Source of the DNA: Patescibacteria group bacterium
GTDB taxonomy: Bacteria > Patescibacteriota > Microgenomatia > PFEM01 > JBHPGO01
Assembly: GCA_042570465.1 (NCBI GenBank)
Contig: JBHPGO010000001.1
Location: 1,656 to 65,655 of the forward strand
Length of the DNA stretch: 64,000 bases
Direction of reading: 5' to 3'
In this document: one piece after another, positions 1-9,503 of the stretch
Layout of the letters: each line of letters starts with the position of its first letter
Numbering within the stretch: position 1 is the stretch's first letter
Notes under the pieces: model-generated
What the model was told of the DNA's origin: nothing
Databases searched by the model: none
The model's input: the letters and a program-made list of their open reading frames with translations, nothing else
Position numbers and translations under genes: made by a program

Positions 1-67
1 TATCTTTCAACCACTCCTTCTTTTATTCAAATGCCCTTTTTACGAAGTGGCAAATTTAAAATTGAAA

Positions 68-150
68 TTACGCTCAAACTCTAATCTCTCATGAGCTTTT
101 ATGAGGCTAAGATGGGTTCTAACTTCATTGAATCTCTGACACCAATTTTT
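68..150. repeat. R1 intergenic repeat family, copy A (core tatgaggctaa[ag]at[ga]gg[tc]tctaacttc)
   Basis: This sequence matches copies at 928, 2930, 11222, 12630 and 13055, compared by eye. Confidence 0.7.
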
Positions 151-277
151 TAGCCTCAGAAAATAGATCAAAATGCAGTAACCCAAAACGGGATTAGAAC
201 CTCAACGGTCTTCAGAGAAAACCAAGTTTAAATTTCTTCGATTGCTTTTTAGAATCGTTCTTGGCTAAAATAAAGCC

Positions 278-922
278 ATGGTAAAGTCAAAGCCATGGAA
301 TTGGAAGATCAGCTCAGCTCCTTGGTGGAAAGAACCAGCTCCAGAAATTTACCCGTTGCTTAAAAGATGGCAAAAAAAGAAATTTCAAAGACTTCTTGAT
401 TTAGGTTGTGGAATTGGTAGGCATGCCGTGTTATTTGCCCAAGGTGGCTTCAAGGTTGATGCTTGTGATCTTTCACAAGACGGCATCAATAAAGTTAACG
501 AACTAGCTAAACAGAATAAGCTGAATATTAGTACAAAAGTTACCGATATGCTTTCTCTCCCTTATGAAGATAATTTGTTTGACTGCTTGGTAGCTTTTAA
601 TGTTATTTACCATGCTGACGATAAGGGGGTTGTAAAGACAATTAGCGAAATGAAAAGGGTTTTGAAGAAGAAGGGTGAAGCCTTCGTCACTTTTAATTCA
701 AAAAATAGTACTTCTTTTAAAGCAGAAAGCAACAAGCGGTTATCTGAAAACACGGTCATTAAAACCGAAGGGAATGAGGCTGGTATTCCTCACTACTACG
801 CCGATAAGGCTGATGTTGAAAAGCTAGTCAAAGATTTTAAAACTATTGAATTTTCCTATAAGGAAGAATATTATCCTGACTACGTTGGTGCCCACTATCA
901 TGTTCTATTAACAAAAGTGTAG
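278..922 (+). CDS. class I SAM-dependent methyltransferase
   Basis: Motif LDLGCGIGRHAVLFAQGGFKVDACDLS matches Rossmann-fold methyltransferase motif I; the ORF is 214 aa. Confidence 0.6.
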   Translation: MVKSKPWNWKISSAPWWKEPAPEIYPLLKRWQKKKFQRLLDLGCGIGRHAVLFAQGGFKVDACDLSQDGINKVNELAKQNKLNISTKVTDMLSLPYEDNLFDCLVAFNVIYHADDKGVVKTISEMKRVLKKKGEAFVTFNSKNSTSFKAESNKRLSENTVIKTEGNEAGIPHYYADKADVEKLVKDFKTIEFSYKEEYYPDYVGAHYHVLLTKV

Positions 923-927
923 TTATA

Positions 928-1005
928 GTTACGCTCAAGCTCCAGTCTCTCAGCAGCTTTTATGAGGCTAAAATAGGTTCTAACTTCATTGAGTCTAGGA
1001 CCCAG
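928..1005. repeat. R1 repeat copy B
   Basis: ttacgctcaagctccagtctctcagcagcttttatgaggctaaaataggttctaacttcattgagtc aligns to copy A. Confidence 0.7.
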
Positions 1006-1015
1006 AGAAAAAAAA

Positions 1016-1044
1016 GACTACCCCTTGTGGGTAGCCTTTTTTTC
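1016..1044 (+). terminator. rho-independent terminator after the methyltransferase gene
   Basis: Hairpin ctaccc-cttgt-gggtag is followed by cctttttttc. Confidence 0.55.
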
Positions 1045-1221
1045 TGGATGAAGCAGGATTTGAACCCCAATTCCACCCAAGGTTCAATTTACCAAAAACT
1101 TCCTAGTAAACGATTTCAAACTATCGAATTAAATAACGAGGTGTGGACCCTCTCAAATCCCTGCCTGCCGGCAGGCAGGTCCTGGGGTGGAGAAAGGTAT
1201 CTTAAGTGTCAGTTGTAAGCC

Positions 1222-2244
1222 TTGGTAGACTTAAGTATGATAAAAGAGATGAATGGAGTTAAAAACGTCATCAAAACAGTCCTTCTGGTTAGTCTTCTAG
1301 CTACAGTTTTTTCACTTGGGATTTGGATTTTACCAATCCAATCAGTTCAGGCTCAAAGTATTGACGAGGTTTTACTGGTTTTACAAAACTGGGGAACTAA
1401 TGGGCCTGATGGCGATTTCTATCAAGATGGCAAAGTAAATGAAATGGACTTTGGTTTGGTAATGATAGATTGGGGAATGGAACCCTCACCCTCACCCTCA
1501 CCCACCACAGGGCCAACAGTGGTTATCCACGCTCCGCACTACGATTGGTTCAAAAACAAGTTAAAGGCCGGTGACCAGGTGATTTCTGGTGTTAATCGAC
1601 AAAGTGAAGGGTCGCCGCCTAGTAGCAGTCTGTTCAATCAACGCTTGGATCTTCTTAATGCGATTGACGAGAATGAAATTGGTGTGATTAAAAGTTTTAT
1701 GTTTTCCTCTTACCATGATTGTGAAACTTATATTGACCAAATTCCCGATGATGTGACGATTATTTCCTATAATAATGAAGGTTCCATGACACCCTCAGAT
1801 GAACGAGGGGCAGGAGTTTTTAATGCGGTGCATCAATTTGCCAATTGCGTCCATGGGGCTGGTAAAATGTTTACATTTATTCCGGTCAGGAGTGTGTGGA
1901 CTAGTTGGAGCAATGATGAACTAAATCTTATCTTAACCGATGTTGACTCGATTGATTATCAAGGCCAAAACGAAATCAGTCAAGGATCTCAAAACTTCAT
2001 TAATATAGTCACCTCTGTTCATGACAAACTTAAGGCGGTTAATCCCAATTTTGAGATGTATGTCCAAGTTTGGATAAGTCGAGATGATAATCACCAGGAA
2101 GATATTGTTGCAGGCTTTAACGCGGTTCAAGATCTAATTGATTCCGCTTGGATTGTCGGCGCTCAACCAATGTATGATTCCCCTCCAACCTCATCAACTA
2201 TTAGCCAAACTGATTACATCCTCGACCGTCTCAATTGGCGATAA
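1222..2244 (+). CDS. secreted protein with N-terminal dockerin-like repeat
   Basis: A signal/TM segment LLVSLLATVFSLGIWIL is followed by VLLVLQNWG..DGDFYQDGKVNEMDFGLVMIDWG, which resembles the dockerin Ca-binding loop plus helix. The rest of the protein is unassigned. Confidence 0.45.
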   Translation: MVDLSMIKEMNGVKNVIKTVLLVSLLATVFSLGIWILPIQSVQAQSIDEVLLVLQNWGTNGPDGDFYQDGKVNEMDFGLVMIDWGMEPSPSPSPTTGPTVVIHAPHYDWFKNKLKAGDQVISGVNRQSEGSPPSSSLFNQRLDLLNAIDENEIGVIKSFMFSSYHDCETYIDQIPDDVTIISYNNEGSMTPSDERGAGVFNAVHQFANCVHGAGKMFTFIPVRSVWTSWSNDELNLILTDVDSIDYQGQNEISQGSQNFINIVTSVHDKLKAVNPNFEMYVQVWISRDDNHQEDIVAGFNAVQDLIDSAWIVGAQPMYDSPPTSSTISQTDYILDRLNWR

Positions 2245-2341
2245 ACTTTCCATTGATAACAACATGCTTAAAGGAAAGTCTCAAAAAGCCCTGTTAGTCT
2301 CCACTTTACATCAGCCTATAATATTGCTATAATACTTATTC

Positions 2342-2854
2342 ATGTTAACCAAAGAAAAAGAAACAAATCTAAAAAGTTGTTTTCCTGTTTCGGAAAAGGC
2401 TGTGAAATTGGCCAAAGCAGAAATAAGATCTAATCCTAGGCAACAATTAGAGGCTGAATGGGAAAATATAACTCGGCAAAATACGAGACTTGGGGAATTC
2501 TTAAAATTAAGCCATGATGCTATTAAGCAATCTGGCTACGAAAATAAATATACCGAGGGTGCTTTATGGGTCTATAAGACTATTAGAATTCAGGGAGAGC
2601 TAAGTGGAAGTCTGTCTCCAGTAGTTAGCCAGGAAGTAATAGCCGCATATTCTAGGGAAATAATTGATCAATGCGATGGTACTGGAAAAGAACTCGTAGA
2701 TTTATTTACTGAACTTAAATCAGAAATGGAAGAAAATGAACCCGCCCTTGGAAGGTTAATAAAAGAAGTAACCGCATATGAACCCTATCCAGAATATTAC
2801 TTCGGAGGAGCCTCTGATGTATATTGGCTTCTTGAGAGAGCTTCAGTAAATTAG
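2342..2854 (+). CDS. hypothetical protein
   Basis: A 170-aa ORF in an AT-rich background with no recognizable motif. An R1 repeat follows it. Confidence 0.35.
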   Translation: MLTKEKETNLKSCFPVSEKAVKLAKAEIRSNPRQQLEAEWENITRQNTRLGEFLKLSHDAIKQSGYENKYTEGALWVYKTIRIQGELSGSLSPVVSQEVIAAYSREIIDQCDGTGKELVDLFTELKSEMEENEPALGRLIKEVTAYEPYPEYYFGGASDVYWLLERASVN

Positions 2855-2929
2855 TTCGTATAAAATATCGGATTAATCTTCTTAGACTTAAAGTTGGCAA
2901 TATTAAAGTTGAGGATTAACTCAATATTT

Positions 2930-3025
2930 AGTCTTTCTTGAATTTTTATGAGGCTAAAATGGGTTCTAATTTCATTGAGTCCTCGACGAGATTATATTAA
3001 TTTTTCGTGGTTGAGTCCTCGACCC
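2930..3025. repeat. R1 repeat copy C (with ccacga..tcgtgg hairpin module)
   Basis: tatgaggctaaaatgggttctaatttcattgagtcctcgacgagattatattaatttttcgtggttgagtcc. Confidence 0.7.
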
Positions 3026-3039
3026 CCGAAGCAATAAAT

Positions 3040-3160
3040 TTTTGCCAGGTGCCAAGCTAATACACCTTCCAGGTGGACGGTACAGGTGGACGGTACAGGT
3101 GGACGGCACGACTCGGTCGTTCCGAGGCGGACCTAGGGCACCTGGAAGGTGTACGTTGGA
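3040..3160. repeat. GC-rich repeat cluster: 13-bp tandem (ggtggacggtaca x3) plus 16-mer cacctggaaggtgtac in inverted and direct copies
   Basis: The sequence shows tacaccttccaggtg at about 3061, ggtggacggtaca x3 at about 3071–3110, and cacctggaaggtgtacg at 3139. It embeds the GC motif gactcggtcgttccgaggcggacc. Confidence 0.6.
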
Positions 3161-3199
3161 AGGTGTACATTCTGGTAACTTAGGGGTAGGTGTGTCAAT

Positions 3200-3640
3200 C
3201 TAACAGCCGAACCATTCTTTTCTTATCTCTTCTTCCGTTTGATCGGGGGTAAACCCTCTCCTGATTTGATCTCTATGAGATAGAATATCATTCCTATATC
3301 CAACTTTAAGTAACATTAAAGTGTCATCTAGCGACAAGGCGATTTCTGCAGCAGAACCAAGGGGTCCGGACCATTCGTCTGGTTCCTTTGCTGCGTTCAA
3401 TAATCTATTTTGGGTCAATATTTGAGATTCTCTAACTCTTAATGTAGGCCTATGATTTATATCAACTATTTTTTCCATACGATTTAGCATTATATCATTT
3501 ACCATAAATTGAGGTGTTGGCAGGGGGTTTAAGAGATTTCTCAACGTTTTATCTGAACTGACTAGCAACCGTTGTAGACACCTGGAAGGTGTACGCCCTA
3601 AGCCAACAGTCAAAACATGCCAGGTGGACGGCATGTCCAC
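3200..3640 (-). CDS. hypothetical protein (N-terminus probably shorter; the first ~20 codons lie in the repeat)
   Basis: A 146-aa ORF is bounded by direct copies of cacctggaaggtgtacg at 3139 and 3583. Confidence 0.3.
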   Translation of the reverse strand: MDMPSTWHVLTVGLGRTPSRCLQRLLVSSDKTLRNLLNPLPTPQFMVNDIMLNRMEKIVDINHRPTLRVRESQILTQNRLLNAAKEPDEWSGPLGSAAEIALSLDDTLMLLKVGYRNDILSHRDQIRRGFTPDQTEEEIRKEWFGC

Positions 3641-3645
3641 GAAAA
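3583..3645. repeat. second copy of cacctggaaggtgtacg plus the ccaggtggacggca motif
   Basis: Direct repeat of 3139–3155; ccaggtggacgg also occurs at 3069. Confidence 0.55.
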
Positions 3646-3669
3646 TAGCTGTTGACTTCGTCGTAAAAA

Positions 3670-4803
3670 ATGATTACTCTGACAAAAACAGCGTTATTTC
3701 GCAATTCTTCAATAATGAAAAAAGATTTTAAATATCTACTTTTACTTTTGTTAATCTTCTTGTCCTCTTTGGCTGCCTTAGTAATTCCTAAAAAAAATAA
3801 ATTAAAAAAAAATTATTTAAACACCCCCGCAAACACCAAATCTAAAATGACCGACTCTAGCATTAATCAACAAGTTCAGGAAGAAACTGTTCTCGCTGCC
3901 AAAGATGCTCCGGAAAAAAGAACTGAAAATGATCAACAAATTAAAGTGGCCAATATCCGGTTTGGGGTAGTGGTCAAAGACTACTCAAATAACACTGGCC
4001 AGATTAGCGGACTGGAAAACACTTTAGAAAAAATAGTTTCCACAGTTGGCATCTACAAACAATTTGGCTTGCCGACAAACCAGTATCTAGTCGAAACCGA
4101 TCTGGCATATATTAAAAACGCCGGCAAAATCTTACTACTTGCTTGGGAACCATGGAACCCGAATGAGGGCACCAACCAAAGCATTGACTACCTTAAAGAA
4201 ATTGCTGAAGGAAAACACGATGACTACATCACTACTTTTGCCCGTCAAGTAAAAAATTACTCAAGCCCAGTCTTGTTAAGGTTCGCCCACGAGATGAACG
4301 GTAACTGGTATCCTTGGGGAACTAGGCCTTCAGAATATGTTTCAGCATACCGCCGGATTGTTGAAGTTTTTCACAGTCAAGGAACTGACAACGTTAAGTT
4401 TGTCTGGAGCATTAACCATGAATCTGTTCCCTACGAGCCGATCAGTCAATGCCAGAAGTATTTCCCCGGAGAAGCCTATGTTGATATTATTGGTATTGAT
4501 GGCTTTAATTTCGGAACATCAAGAAACAATTCAACTTGGAAAAGTTTTGACAATATTTTTTCACCGGCCTACTCGTTTGTCTCAACTGCTTATCCGGAGA
4601 AACCTATAATAATCACCGAAGTTGGCTCTACGGAGTTTGGCGGCAATAAAAATAAATGGATAGATGAGATGTTTGCTAGTTTAGCCAATATGCCCAAAAT
4701 CCAAGAAATTATCTGGTTCAACTTATTAAAAGAAACTGATTGGAGAATCGATTCTTCGACCACCAGCACCGAAGCCTTCCAACGCAACTTATCAACCCTA
4801 TAG
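3670..4803 (+). CDS. membrane-anchored/secreted glycoside hydrolase, GH26-like (clan GH-A)
   Basis: The ORF has an N-terminal hydrophobic segment. The motif RFAHEMNGNWYPWG matches the GH26 acid/base signature, and IIITEVGSTEFGG is a candidate nucleophile motif. Confidence 0.55.
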   Translation: MITLTKTALFRNSSIMKKDFKYLLLLLLIFLSSLAALVIPKKNKLKKNYLNTPANTKSKMTDSSINQQVQEETVLAAKDAPEKRTENDQQIKVANIRFGVVVKDYSNNTGQISGLENTLEKIVSTVGIYKQFGLPTNQYLVETDLAYIKNAGKILLLAWEPWNPNEGTNQSIDYLKEIAEGKHDDYITTFARQVKNYSSPVLLRFAHEMNGNWYPWGTRPSEYVSAYRRIVEVFHSQGTDNVKFVWSINHESVPYEPISQCQKYFPGEAYVDIIGIDGFNFGTSRNNSTWKSFDNIFSPAYSFVSTAYPEKPIIITEVGSTEFGGNKNKWIDEMFASLANMPKIQEIIWFNLLKETDWRIDSSTTSTEAFQRNLSTL

Positions 4804-4859
4804 TTTGACTTCTCATCGTTAGTCTTGTATAATATCCCATAGTATTACTAAGAACGCGT

Positions 4860-7562
4860 ATGGACTTTTTTCGAGTCCATATTTTTTTATCACCAAATAT
4901 GTTGCAAGACTTTTACCTGAAGGCGTCCAAAATCAAAAAGCTTCTGATCAAGCTGGGGATTGTCTATGGCCTAATCCTGACCACCGGCTATGCCCTGTTT
5001 CGGGCTTATTACATCAATTTTAATCCCTACCTGGTTATTCCCGCCATTCTTTTATATATGGCCGAGCTTCACACCATTATTCTTTTATACGGTTTTTTAT
5101 ATTCTCTTTGGCCAAGAAAATTCAAAACTTATTCTAAAATTAATCGCAACCGGAACCTGCAAGTTAACTTATTTATAACAACAGTCGGTGAACCGATAGA
5201 AATTGTCAGTCAAACCATTGAGCACGCTAAAAAAGCGGCCGATCACTACCGAAAAATTGTCAAACCTAAAAAAGCCCCCCGGGTGATTGTTCTTAACGAC
5301 GGCTTTGGTGCTAAGAAAGAAAACTGGTGGCAGGTCCGTGACTTTTGCCAAAAGGTGGGTGTGCTTCACCTTGCCCGAAAAACTAACGAAGGCTTTAAGG
5401 CCGGCAATATCAACAACGGTTTAAAAAAATTTCCAAGTAAAGATCCCCATAACACTATCGACTGCTATTTTGACGCTGACTTTTGTGCCAAAAAAGAATT
5501 TTTGATCGAGATCTTAAAACCCCTGGTTGACAACAAGGTTGACTTTGTCCAAAGCCCTCAGCGCTATAAAAACCTGACTACTTGGGTAGCCAAAGGGGCC
5601 GGAGCTCATCAAATTTTCTTTTTTGACTATGTTTGTCCGGCCAAAGCCTATGACAACGCTCTCTTTTTATGCGGCACTAATTATGCCATCAGAAGACAGG
5701 CGCTTTTGGATGCTGGCGGAGTTGACAATCGGTTTGTCACCGAGGATTACGCGACCTCGATCAAACTTCACTTGCTGGGCAAAAAAGGAGTTTTTGTTTC
5801 TAAGGTGCTGGCTTTGGGCATGGCCCCGATGAACCTTAAGGAATACTTTAACCAGCAAACCCGATGGTGCAAAGGCTGTCTTGATGCCAACGGAAAATAT
5901 CTCAAAGAATTGCTCTTTGGTCCGTTAAATTTCAGGCAAAAACTTCATTACTTTTTATCAACCGCTTATTACTTTATCGGGGTCAGGGATTTGATCTTGG
6001 TGCTGGCTCCCATCCCATATCTTTTTTTCGGCATTTCTCTGATCAGAGCCAATACCACCATGTACCTGGCTTTTGTCTACCTGCCATTAATGATCTTCAA
6101 TTTCAGCTTGTTTTTCCTGACTTTTCGCAGCCCCGTTAAAAGCTTGGTGCTGGATATTGTCACCTTTCCGGTCTTTGCCTTGGCTTTTGTATCCAGTGTT
6201 ATCAAAAAAAATCTTCCCTTTACCGTCACTATCAAAAAATATGAAAAAGAAAATCCTTTCCGGGTTTACAAAATTCAGCTGGCAGTAGCCACGCTCCTCT
6301 GCGCGGGAATTGCTTACAGCTTCCTGTTTAATAGAAACCACAACCCCTATGGGAAGTTTATTAATCACTTTTGGGCCACTTATAGCGCCACTTTTTTGTT
6401 GCTTGGTTTTTTCCTGGTCATCAGGGAAAACTATGATTTCAGTCGGCTTGAAAATCATTACTCAAACTTACTGGGAACCTTAAAAAATGCTCTCGGTTTC
6501 ACTAAAAGATTTGCCCTAAGGCCAGCGGTTGCTTTCGTCGCCGTCATTATCGCCTTTATCTTCCTTGGCTATAGCGTCAAAACCGGTGTTTTGGCTTACG
6601 ATGACATCCGAACAACTTTTAACAAAATCATCAAAAGAGAAGAGCTTTTAGTTCCCGACAATGGGGCTTACTATGGTTACTTTTTACCGGAGCTGAATTC
6701 GCACCCGGAAAGTCCGGTCATCTCGACCGTTGAGGGTGATCACCCAAGCCTGGTGATGTACTATCAAGATTTTAGCCCTGATTCGCAGTTTAACCTCAAG
6801 TTTATGAACATGCTTTATGAAAAAGGGTCAATCCCGATCGTTACCTGGGAGCCTTGGATCCGTGGCTCAGATCAGGAAAAGATTATTAACCAAGAAGGCC
6901 AAGCAGCCGAGGAAATATTATCGGGGAAATATAATGAGCATATCAGGCAATGGGCCAGAGGTGCTAAAAAATTTGGTAAACCTTTCTTTTTAAGGTTTGC
7001 CCACGAGATGAACGGCAACTGGTATGCCTGGGGTTCTTTTGATGAAAATAGCGCCAGTCAATACAAAAAAATGTGGAAGCATGTTTTTACCATCTTTAAA
7101 GAAGAGAAAGTTGACAACGCGATTTGGGTCTGGTCCCCCAACAACACCAACCAATACGGATTAGCCGACTCGATGCTTGATTTTTACCCTGGTTCTGAGT
7201 ACGTTGACTGGACCGGTTTTTCTGCTTTCAACTGGGGAAATTCTTATTCTGACAATCGTTGGATGGATTTTAAAACCAGTTGCTGGGAGGCTTACTCTAC
7301 CTTGGCCCAGTTGAACAAGCCAATCATGGTGGCCGAAACTTCTTCGGTTAGTATCGGTGGCGACAAAACCGAGTGGTTTAGGCAAACCCTCGAACAAGAC
7401 ATTCCCTCAATGCCTTTGATAAGGGGGGTAGTTTTATTCAATGAAGACTATCAGAATGCCGACTTTATCCTTGATAAAGGGATGGACGCCAACGAAATGG
7501 TCAAACATCATTTGCTCAACAATGGCTACTATCTAACCAATCCAATTCTCCAGTATCGGTAA
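4860..7562 (+). CDS. fusion protein: processive GT2 (cellulose-synthase-like) membrane glycosyltransferase plus C-terminal GH26-like domain
   Basis: DADF, TEDYAT and QQTRWCKG (QxxRW) motifs sit between TM helices. The C-terminal RFAHEMNGNWYAWG and IMVAETSSVSIGG are paralogous to the upstream GH26-like ORF. The true start may be an internal Met. Confidence 0.6.
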   Translation: MDFFRVHIFLSPNMLQDFYLKASKIKKLLIKLGIVYGLILTTGYALFRAYYINFNPYLVIPAILLYMAELHTIILLYGFLYSLWPRKFKTYSKINRNRNLQVNLFITTVGEPIEIVSQTIEHAKKAADHYRKIVKPKKAPRVIVLNDGFGAKKENWWQVRDFCQKVGVLHLARKTNEGFKAGNINNGLKKFPSKDPHNTIDCYFDADFCAKKEFLIEILKPLVDNKVDFVQSPQRYKNLTTWVAKGAGAHQIFFFDYVCPAKAYDNALFLCGTNYAIRRQALLDAGGVDNRFVTEDYATSIKLHLLGKKGVFVSKVLALGMAPMNLKEYFNQQTRWCKGCLDANGKYLKELLFGPLNFRQKLHYFLSTAYYFIGVRDLILVLAPIPYLFFGISLIRANTTMYLAFVYLPLMIFNFSLFFLTFRSPVKSLVLDIVTFPVFALAFVSSVIKKNLPFTVTIKKYEKENPFRVYKIQLAVATLLCAGIAYSFLFNRNHNPYGKFINHFWATYSATFLLLGFFLVIRENYDFSRLENHYSNLLGTLKNALGFTKRFALRPAVAFVAVIIAFIFLGYSVKTGVLAYDDIRTTFNKIIKREELLVPDNGAYYGYFLPELNSHPESPVISTVEGDHPSLVMYYQDFSPDSQFNLKFMNMLYEKGSIPIVTWEPWIRGSDQEKIINQEGQAAEEILSGKYNEHIRQWARGAKKFGKPFFLRFAHEMNGNWYAWGSFDENSASQYKKMWKHVFTIFKEEKVDNAIWVWSPNNTNQYGLADSMLDFYPGSEYVDWTGFSAFNWGNSYSDNRWMDFKTSCWEAYSTLAQLNKPIMVAETSSVSIGGDKTEWFRQTLEQDIPSMPLIRGVVLFNEDYQNADFILDKGMDANEMVKHHLLNNGYYLTNPILQYR

Positions 7563-7952
7563 AATACTCCCAGCCAACGATCCTGCTTCGGTACTATTTT
7601 TTCCTTATGGTTTTAGGGGACTTCTTTACTGAAAGACTTACCCACCTTCGATGGCCCAATTATTACAATAGCATGATATAATAACTTTGTTATCTAGAGG
7701 AGATCTATGACAGAAGTGTATGGGCCAAAAACAGAAACAACAGAAGAATTATCGGGGAAGATTGACATGGGAATTATTCTTTCTAGGATTGGAATTGCCC
7801 AGGTTGCTTTAAGCCTTGGTTTTCCACTTGGTTCTTTGCACTCACCAGAGGATACAGGAAAACCACCTGCTGTAAATGATCCGCCTGAAACACCCAAATA
7901 GCTTTTAACTATTTTCATTTTAAATCCTTTCATGGCCCCTTTTTTTGCAATA

Positions 7953-7967
7953 GGCTGGTATAATATG
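7953..7967 (+). promoter_or_regulatory. extended -10 promoter ggctggtataat, with AGGAGG RBS 5 nt before the ATG at 7993
   Basis: The sequence shows aataggctggtataat; the same 16-mer occurs at 10864. Confidence 0.45.
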
Positions 7968-7992
7968 CATAGTCGTTTGGAAAGGAGGAAAT

Positions 7993-8289
7993 ATGATAGA
8001 AAAAACTGTTGGGAATACAATTGAAGAGCCAGAAAGAGAAGAAACTAAACGTGAGAAAGAATTAAGGGAAGCACTCGGCTCTTTGGTGGCAGTAGTAAGA
8101 TTTAACGAGTTTTGTGGACAAGTGGAAACTAGACTTGAAGGATTGACGATTATGTCAGCCGATGTGAATCCTGCAAAACAAGAAGTTGGTAAGCCGCCTT
8201 CTAATGAAGCAGTCGAAATATTAATTAATGATGAAATCGATGAAATTGTTAGGAAATTCGGTAGACTACCTGCTCCAGACCAAGAATAA
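7993..8289 (+). CDS. small hypothetical protein (98 aa), acidic
   Basis: ORF with a canonical RBS and the conserved promoter; the antisense Ser-rich ORF 7920..8306 is judged spurious. Confidence 0.4.
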   Translation: MIEKTVGNTIEEPEREETKREKELREALGSLVAVVRFNEFCGQVETRLEGLTIMSADVNPAKQEVGKPPSNEAVEILINDEIDEIVRKFGRLPAPDQE

Positions 8290-8395
8290 TTCTTAACTGT
8301 CTTCATTTAAAATCTTCCTCAGTTGATTCATCAAAGTTTTATAAAGGTAACCCTGATACTTTGGGTGTTAACTGAAATTTCCTTGTTCGTCAACC

Positions 8396-8468
8396 CGTCT
8401 CGACTCGGCTCGCCTCGCGCCCGCCTTGTCTTCGACAAGTCGAGACAGGTCGAAGCGGGTCATTCCGA
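8396..8468. repeat. GC-rich palindromic insert (H2 family)
   Basis: The sequence cgtctcgactcggctcgcctcgcgcccgcc...gtcgagacag...ccgaggcggaccc shares cgactcgg..tccgaggcggacc with 3106 and 42362. Confidence 0.5.
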
Positions 8469-8689
8469 GGCGGACCCGTATCAAACCATGTTCGTGAAGT
8501 GCTTTCAATTACTATATTACTCCAGTGTATTTTGTCAACGACTTCTGAGTTATGGTCAAAAGAACAACCCTAAACCCTCCAACCCCTCGGCATAAGTGCC
8601 CCAGTACCAGTTCCGATCTAAAATCGGAACGATACGGGGTGAACTTCCTTATGATTTGGGGTTGCTTAATTTTTACCCCAGTGTCGAGG

Positions 8690-8747
8690 AGAAGTGGGGT
8701 CGTGTAATTCTTATTCTTGGGGTGAAGCACCCCCAATTGAAATTTTC
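8690..8747. repeat. R2 repeat (gaagtggggtcgtgtaattct..ttggggtgaagcacccccaattgaaa) copy 1
   Basis: Near-identical copy at 9093 and a partial copy at 9477. Confidence 0.65.
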
Positions 8748-8756
8748 AAAATATTC

Positions 8757-9005
8757 CTAAACATTATTTACTTGTGCTTGATTAGGATTACGGATAGCTT
8801 CTTTGAATCTAGCTTGAAATTTAGTTAATAGTTCTTGAGCAAGTTCTTTGCCATCGAATACTGGACTTTTTTCTTCAAAAATTGTCGAGGGGTCTCCAGA
8901 ACGTGGCGCTTCCATACCAAAATCTTCAAATATTTTTCTTATTTGTGCACGAACTCTTAAATCTTCTGGTGTAACTGGTTTTATATTTTCTAATTCAACT
9001 AGCAA
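8757..9005 (-). CDS. small hypothetical protein (82 aa)
   Basis: An ORF with a GGAGG RBS; an R2 element lies in its 5' region. Confidence 0.3.
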   Translation of the reverse strand: MLVELENIKPVTPEDLRVRAQIRKIFEDFGMEAPRSGDPSTIFEEKSPVFDGKELAQELLTKFQARFKEAIRNPNQAQVNNV

Positions 9006-9092
9006 TTTATTATCACCTCCTTTCTTTACCCCTCCGTAGTCCCGATTTAATATCGCGGACGAAGGAGGGCTGCCCCTTCCTCGCAGTTCTAT

Positions 9093-9150
9093 GCGAAGTG
9101 GGGTCGTGTAATTCTGTCCTTGGGGTGAAGCACCCCCAATGGAAAATTCG
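9093..9150. repeat. R2 repeat copy 2
   Basis: gcgaagtggggtcgtgtaattctgtccttggggtgaagcacccccaatggaaaattcg. Confidence 0.65.
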
Positions 9151-9166
9151 ATTAGTTTAACGCAAA

Positions 9167-9448
9167 CTATCTTTCAGTTTGATCAAGTTCACCTAGTCCT
9201 TCTTCTTGGCTCCTATCAATTTCTAAATCATAGGTCGCCTCCTCCTCGAGAGTCAGTCGTCTACCCATAACCGTTGTTTTATAAACACCATCTGGTCCAA
9301 CATCAATGCCAACCGAAACAACTTTCCTTCCAGGTTTAACCTCAGGTAGTTGCGGATCCCCTGGAGTTTCTCCTTCTGGTAGTTTTTCGGCTTCTTCCTC
9401 GGGAATATAGGTAATAATCGGTCTTGGCTCATAATGTTCAACAGGCAT
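9167..9448 (-). CDS. small hypothetical protein (93 aa)
   Basis: An ORF with an AGGAGG RBS, and a partial R2 copy upstream at 9477. Confidence 0.3.
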   Translation of the reverse strand: MPVEHYEPRPIITYIPEEEAEKLPEGETPGDPQLPEVKPGRKVVSVGIDVGPDGVYKTTVMGRRLTLEEEATYDLEIDRSQEEGLGELDQTER

Positions 9449-9476
9449 TATTTAATCCTCCTTTCTTGTTAATTAT

Positions 9477-9503
9477 TGGGGCCTACCCCCGATTGAAATT
9501 GTT
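9477..9503. repeat. R2 partial copy 3 (ggggcctacccccgattgaaattg)
   Basis: Shares the acccccaattgaaatt core. Confidence 0.5.

Noticed and set aside
7920-8306. 128-aa minus-strand ORF antisense to the 7993..8289 ORF
   Set aside because: It is Ser/Thr-rich and low-complexity, with no RBS. The plus-strand ORF has a consensus promoter and an AGGAGG RBS, so the minus frame is taken as a shadow ORF.
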